From the NCBI GenBank assembly GCA_964425885.1, contig CAYRON010000003.1, positions 122,567 through 186,566 on the forward strand: DNA of 64,000 nt. Reading direction: 5' to 3'. The position numbers and the translations under genes are program-made. Below are positions 59,989-64,000 of the stretch, in pieces; the stretch's first letter is position 1, and every line of letters starts with the position of its first letter. The stretch is from an uncultured Salinibacterium sp. (lineage in GTDB: Bacteria > Actinomycetota > Actinomycetes > Actinomycetales > Microbacteriaceae). The notes under the pieces are model-generated. The model was not told the DNA's origin, made no database searches, and worked only from the letters and a program-made list of their open reading frames with translations.

Positions 59989-60062
59989 ACTCGCGGGTTG
60001 AGGAGGCGCGAAGGGCCGCACACTCGCGGGTTGAGGAGGCGCGAAGCGCCGTCTCGAAACCC
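59989..60062. repeat. Tandem REP-like repeat (25-bp unit twice, 33-bp period)
   Basis: actcgcgggttgaggaggcgcgaag at 59989 and 60022; the second copy closes a gggttgag...ctcgaaaccc hairpin. Confidence 0.7.
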
Positions 60063-60072
60063 AGCCCCGTAA

Positions 60073-60807
60073 CTACCCCGACCCGAGAACTCCACCCATA
60101 CGCTCGATGAGCTCCTGAGTCCTGAACTTCTTCGCGCCGCCATCGCTCCAGTGCTTCACGTCACACGGCAGCAACACCTGGTCGTCCACCGTCCGAACCA
60201 CAACCACGAGCACGTCACGATCACCGATCGTCGAGATGCTGTCGCCATCCCAGATCCCGCATATCTGCGCCACTGGAACAGTGAAGAGGATTGCTGGCCG
60301 CCACCATCCACCCAGGACCGTGAGGCCCGAAGGCTCCACCAACAATGTGATGGACATCCCCTTGTTCGGTATCGCTTCAAGAAGCCCAGCCGCGAACGCT
60401 CCGTTGAGCAGCCACGTGTCGAAGCTCGAGTACACCCGCAGGCTGGCGTGCGAACCAGGAACTTCCGCACCGACGAGGGGCAGATCCGACATGTCGGAGG
60501 GCAGTCGTGCGACAGCGGACTCGTACTTGTGATTGGCATTTCGAGACACCTGCGCCAACACGTGGTCTCCGAGTCGAACTCGCGGCCCCGGCAACTGGTA
60601 GTACTCGGGGAAGTACACCCACAACAAGTGCAGAACCGCGGGAGTGCCCAGGAGTAATACGAGCTTCACAGCAACAATCGGCAGATACCAAGGCTCCAAA
60701 GAAAAGATGAGAGCAGGCACGCCATAGAGGATCCAGATCACCGCGATGACGCGCCGCAGAAAGCGTCGCCGTTCCCTCCAGGTCCACGGCTTGGGCTCTG
60801 AGCTCAC
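60073..60807 (-). CDS. Hypothetical membrane protein (two N-terminal TMs)
   Basis: 244-aa ORF that appears less GC-rich than its neighbours. Confidence 0.6.
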   Translation of the reverse strand: MSSEPKPWTWRERRRFLRRVIAVIWILYGVPALIFSLEPWYLPIVAVKLVLLLGTPAVLHLLWVYFPEYYQLPGPRVRLGDHVLAQVSRNANHKYESAVARLPSDMSDLPLVGAEVPGSHASLRVYSSFDTWLLNGAFAAGLLEAIPNKGMSITLLVEPSGLTVLGGWWRPAILFTVPVAQICGIWDGDSISTIGDRDVLVVVVRTVDDQVLLPCDVKHWSDGGAKKFRTQELIERMGGVLGSG

Positions 60808-60879
60808 GGTAATGAGAGCGGCGGGCGACCGAGTGATGACGCGATTCGGCTAGGAGGCTACGCCTCCGCAAGCGAGCCG

Positions 60880-61917
60880 CTACCCCGCGGAGGCCCGAAC
60901 GCGCGCCGCCTCACGCTCAGCGCGCGTGTTGAGCCGCCCACCACGCGACCCCGCAAGCTTCGCCTTGCGGTGCTCCGCCACCGTGATGGGCTCGTACAGC
61001 AGTTCCTCCCCGGGCGCGAGAAGCTCCGGGATCGGCGCGATCACCGCATCCGGCCTCCCGCCATGGAAGTACGCAACACTCCGACGCCGCTCGATGCGCC
61101 CGTCGATCACGGGAGGCTTCACGCGGTGGAGCGTCGACATCCACTGGTCGTTGGTCCAGCCCGCCATGTTGTCGGCGAGGTTCACGAGCAGGGCACCGTC
61201 GGCTGGATTGACGTCGTTCCAACTCCCGTCGGTGCCGAGTACTTGGAGCCCCTTCACCTGGTCGGCCCACAGCACCGTCACGATGTCGTAGTCGGTGTGC
61301 TCCCCCATTCCGCGGAGCTCTCCATCGAGGTCGACGGTGCCCGGCGGCAGGGCATAGTTGTTGATGCGCATCGTCGCGGTGTTGTGGGTCGTGGCATCCG
61401 CGAAGTAGTCGGCGGGAAGCCCGAGCGCGTCGGGGAAGATCGTCACGAGGGTCTCCGCCACCCGTCGCGCCTCGGCGAAGTAGGCCATGACGCGCTCCCG
61501 GAACAGCGGCACCTCCGGCCAGACGTTCTCCTGATACTCGCTTTCGGGAAGGTCCACGCCCGGGTAGTCGGCGCGCGTAAGCCCCACGTTGAACGCCTCG
61601 AAGAAGTCGTTCATGAGGGATGCATTGACCACCCCGAGCGACAGGCTGAGGCTCTCCGACTTCGGCGGCGAGTATCCACGGTTCACGCCGCGCGGGGTGC
61701 GCATGAGCATCTTCGTGTCGATGTCCTGCGCGAAGAAGTCGTCGATCGCCTGCTTCAACCCGTCGATGGTCTCGTCGGGCACGCCGTGTCCGATCACCTG
61801 CACGAAGCCGACCGTGCGGCACGCGTCATCCCACGCCCTGGCGACGGCCGCCCTCTCCTCGGGCGTGCCGCCCTTCACGTACGGCGTGATGTCGACTGTC
61901 GGCACTTCGAAGGCCAT
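60880..61917 (-). CDS. Isopenicillin N synthase-like 2OG-Fe(II) oxygenase
   Basis: GF.Q..GHG, HTD...STLHRV, RRS. Confidence 0.92.
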   Translation of the reverse strand: MAFEVPTVDITPYVKGGTPEERAAVARAWDDACRTVGFVQVIGHGVPDETIDGLKQAIDDFFAQDIDTKMLMRTPRGVNRGYSPPKSESLSLSLGVVNASLMNDFFEAFNVGLTRADYPGVDLPESEYQENVWPEVPLFRERVMAYFAEARRVAETLVTIFPDALGLPADYFADATTHNTATMRINNYALPPGTVDLDGELRGMGEHTDYDIVTVLWADQVKGLQVLGTDGSWNDVNPADGALLVNLADNMAGWTNDQWMSTLHRVKPPVIDGRIERRRSVAYFHGGRPDAVIAPIPELLAPGEELLYEPITVAEHRKAKLAGSRGGRLNTRAEREAARVRASAG

Positions 61918-61963
61918 GGGCGGCTCCCTTCGGCAACGGATGCCGCGACCCTACGCCCCTCGT

Positions 61964-62001
61964 GTGACCGGGGTGTAACGGGCTCCGGCCCGCGGTGAAA
62001 C
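61964..62001 (+). promoter_or_regulatory. GlnR-type phased boxes GTGAC-N6-GTAAC-N17-GAAAC
   Basis: In the divergent spacer between the oxygenase and uricase genes. Confidence 0.5.
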
Positions 62002-62034
62002 ACACCCGTCATATCCTGCTGCGAGACTTCAGGG

Positions 62035-62928
62035 ATGGGAATCATCCTCGGCGGCAACCAGTACGGCAAGGCGGAGAACCGCATCGTTCGGTTCGTGCGC
62101 GATACCCCTCGCCATGAGATCCGCGACATCAACGTGACGACCGCGCTGCGCGGCCCGTTCGAGCCCGCGTATCTGGTCGGCGACCAGACCAATGTGCTCC
62201 CCACCGACACTCAGAAGAACACTGCATACGCCTACGCGAAGACGGTCGGCGTCGAGTCGATCGAGGCCTACGGGCTCGCGCTCGCCAGCCACTTCGTGCA
62301 CGACGTCGAGCCCGTCGAAGGCGCGCGCATCGAGATCGAGCAGTACGACTGGGATCGCGTGCTCGTGGACGGCACCGAGCACGACCACGCGTGGATCCGC
62401 AAGGGCCAGGAGGTGCGCACCGCCGCCATCACCGTCGATGCGACGGGCGAGTACGTCATCGGTGGCTTCAAGGATCTCGTCATCCTCAAGTCCACCGGCT
62501 CCGCTTTCGCAGACTTCCTGCTCGATGAGTTCACGACGCTGGAGCCCACGCACGACAGGGTGATGGCGACATCTCTCGTCGCGAAGTGGCGGTTCGGCAG
62601 CGAACCCGCCGACTGGAACGCCGCCTACGCGACGATCAAGCAGGTGCTCGTCGAGCAGTTCGCCACGTTGCATTCGCTCGCCCTCCAGCAGACCCTGTGG
62701 CACATGGGCACGGCCGCGATCGAGGCCGTGCCGGAGCTCGTCGAGGTGCGCCTGAAGGCGCCGAACAAGCACCACTTCCTGTACGACCTGCAGCGCTTTG
62801 GCATCGAGAACAACGGCGAGGTCTTCCACGCGGACGACCGCCCGTACGGCCTCATCGAAGCGACTGTGACGACGGATGACGCGCCCCCGGCCGGCGACGC
62901 CTGGCGCTTCTCTGCGGGGCTCGCGTGA
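62035..62928 (+). CDS. pucL: Factor-independent urate hydroxylase (uricase)
   Basis: NQYGK, PTDTQKNT, LKSTGSAF, SLALQ.TL, PN.H, PYGLI. Confidence 0.95.
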   Translation: MGIILGGNQYGKAENRIVRFVRDTPRHEIRDINVTTALRGPFEPAYLVGDQTNVLPTDTQKNTAYAYAKTVGVESIEAYGLALASHFVHDVEPVEGARIEIEQYDWDRVLVDGTEHDHAWIRKGQEVRTAAITVDATGEYVIGGFKDLVILKSTGSAFADFLLDEFTTLEPTHDRVMATSLVAKWRFGSEPADWNAAYATIKQVLVEQFATLHSLALQQTLWHMGTAAIEAVPELVEVRLKAPNKHHFLYDLQRFGIENNGEVFHADDRPYGLIEATVTTDDAPPAGDAWRFSAGLA

Positions 62929-63401
62929 GCGCCAGCACGGACTCGGACTGGATCGCGCGCACCATCGAGCTGGCCGTCGAGAACGTGTCCAACGGTGGCG
63001 GCCCGTTCGGCGCCCTGATCGTGCGTGACGGCGAACTCCTCGCCGAGGGCCAGAACCGCGTGACCGCCAACCTCGACCCCACCGCACACGCGGAGGTCGT
63101 CGCCATCCGCGCCGCTTGCCAGGCCGTCGGCGACTTCTCGCTCGCGGGAGCCACCCTCTACACCTCGTGCGAGCCCTGCCCGCTCTGCCTCTCGGCAGCG
63201 CTCTGGGCGCGCGTCGACCGCGTGGTCTTCGCCGCCGACCGGGATGACGCGGCCAGAGGCGGCTTCGACGACCGCGAGTTCTACGAACTCTTCGCGCGCC
63301 CCCGCTCGGAGTGGGATGTCACGATCGACGCCGAGCGCCCCGCGAACGCAGCAGCGCCCTTCGACGCCTGGCTCGCCCACGAGGAGCGCACGGACTACTG
63401 A
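62925..63401 (+). CDS. guaD: Zn-dependent nucleoside deaminase family, guanine deaminase type
   Basis: GGPFGA, DPTAHAE, SCEPCPLC, GFDD. Confidence 0.85.
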   Translation: MSASTDSDWIARTIELAVENVSNGGGPFGALIVRDGELLAEGQNRVTANLDPTAHAEVVAIRAACQAVGDFSLAGATLYTSCEPCPLCLSAALWARVDRVVFAADRDDAARGGFDDREFYELFARPRSEWDVTIDAERPANAAAPFDAWLAHEERTDY

Positions 63402-63436
63402 GGCACGGGCATCCGCTCAGCATGATCTAGCGATGA

Positions 63437-63517
63437 CCCAAATGCAGGAGATCCGGATCATTCACGTTCCAAATGTGCGAAGTACCGTCCGCACGCCGCG
63501 AATCTCCTGCATTTGGG
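63437..63517. repeat. 81-bp element with perfect 16-bp terminal inverted repeats (MITE/REP-like)
   Basis: cccaaatgcaggagat ... atctcctgcatttggg. Confidence 0.7.
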
Positions 63518-63544
63518 ATCGATATCGCGCCGAGGACGATGCCG

Positions 63545-63964
63545 CTACTCCGGGTACTGCAGCACCCCGAGTTGCTCGTAGACGCTGAGGCCATCCCAGA
63601 GGGACTGGCACGAGACGATGAGGCCGTCCTCCACCCGGAAGATGTCCATGCCCTCCATCGTGACGACGCGACCCGTGGGAGCCACGGAACCGTAGGGGCC
63701 CACGTGGAGACCGGAGGTGCGCCAGTGCAGCGCGACCTTGTCACCCTCGGCGATGAGGTCGAGGATCTGCGCGTCGACATCGGTGAACGCGCCACGGTAG
63801 CGAGCGACATCCTCTCGGATGGCATCGAGGGTCGAACTCTCGAAACCCGTGACCGCAACCGAGGCTGACGGCGACCAGCACTCGTCGATCGCAGTCAGGT
63901 CGTCGCGCACCCAGACGCGCTCGTGGTACTCGCGCACGATATCGGCATTGGTGAGAACGGGCAT
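63545..63964 (-). CDS. SnoaL-like ester cyclase family protein
   Basis: AF.D....I.DLIAEGDKV, G.H.G.Y..VAPTG, DIFR..DG.I. Confidence 0.88.
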   Translation of the reverse strand: MPVLTNADIVREYHERVWVRDDLTAIDECWSPSASVAVTGFESSTLDAIREDVARYRGAFTDVDAQILDLIAEGDKVALHWRTSGLHVGPYGSVAPTGRVVTMEGMDIFRVEDGLIVSCQSLWDGLSVYEQLGVLQYPE

Positions 63965-64000
63965 CAGGCTCCCCAGCGTTGGTGGATTCGGCGGTCGATC

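Noticed and set aside
59989-60062. Possible CRISPR array
   Set aside because: Only two 25-bp units with an 8-bp gap and no cas genes; fits a REP duplication.

Overview
High-GC actinobacterial (Microbacteriaceae-like) chromosome segment in three parts. (1) Bases 1-~13.3 kb are the right part of an integrative element inserted at the 3' end of tRNA-Gln(CTG). It carries a GIY-YIG nuclease, an unusual three-gene cargo cassette (anchored small protein, 'MARLP'-domain SGNH hydrolase, Tat-like micro-protein), DUF3846 and RHH genes sharing a structured leader, a putative regulator, an MT-A70 methylase, a VirD4-like ATPase, a Replic_Relax protein and a large serine recombinase whose frame runs through the tRNA. 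(2) ~13.5-29 kb is mostly core genome (gltX, FAH, ilvE, leuB, serA) interspersed with accessory surface proteins and hydrolases. (3) ~29-64 kb holds molybdenum-cofactor biosynthesis and a large purine/N-heterocycle catabolic region: XDH-family enzyme, two amidohydrolases, ABC importer, allantoinase, uricase, guanine deaminase and C1/methyl enzymes. GlnR-type boxes and a candidate XRE operator occur there, and an ABC-F gene has a three-codon leader uORF. Family assignments come from recognising motifs by eye; no database searches were run.
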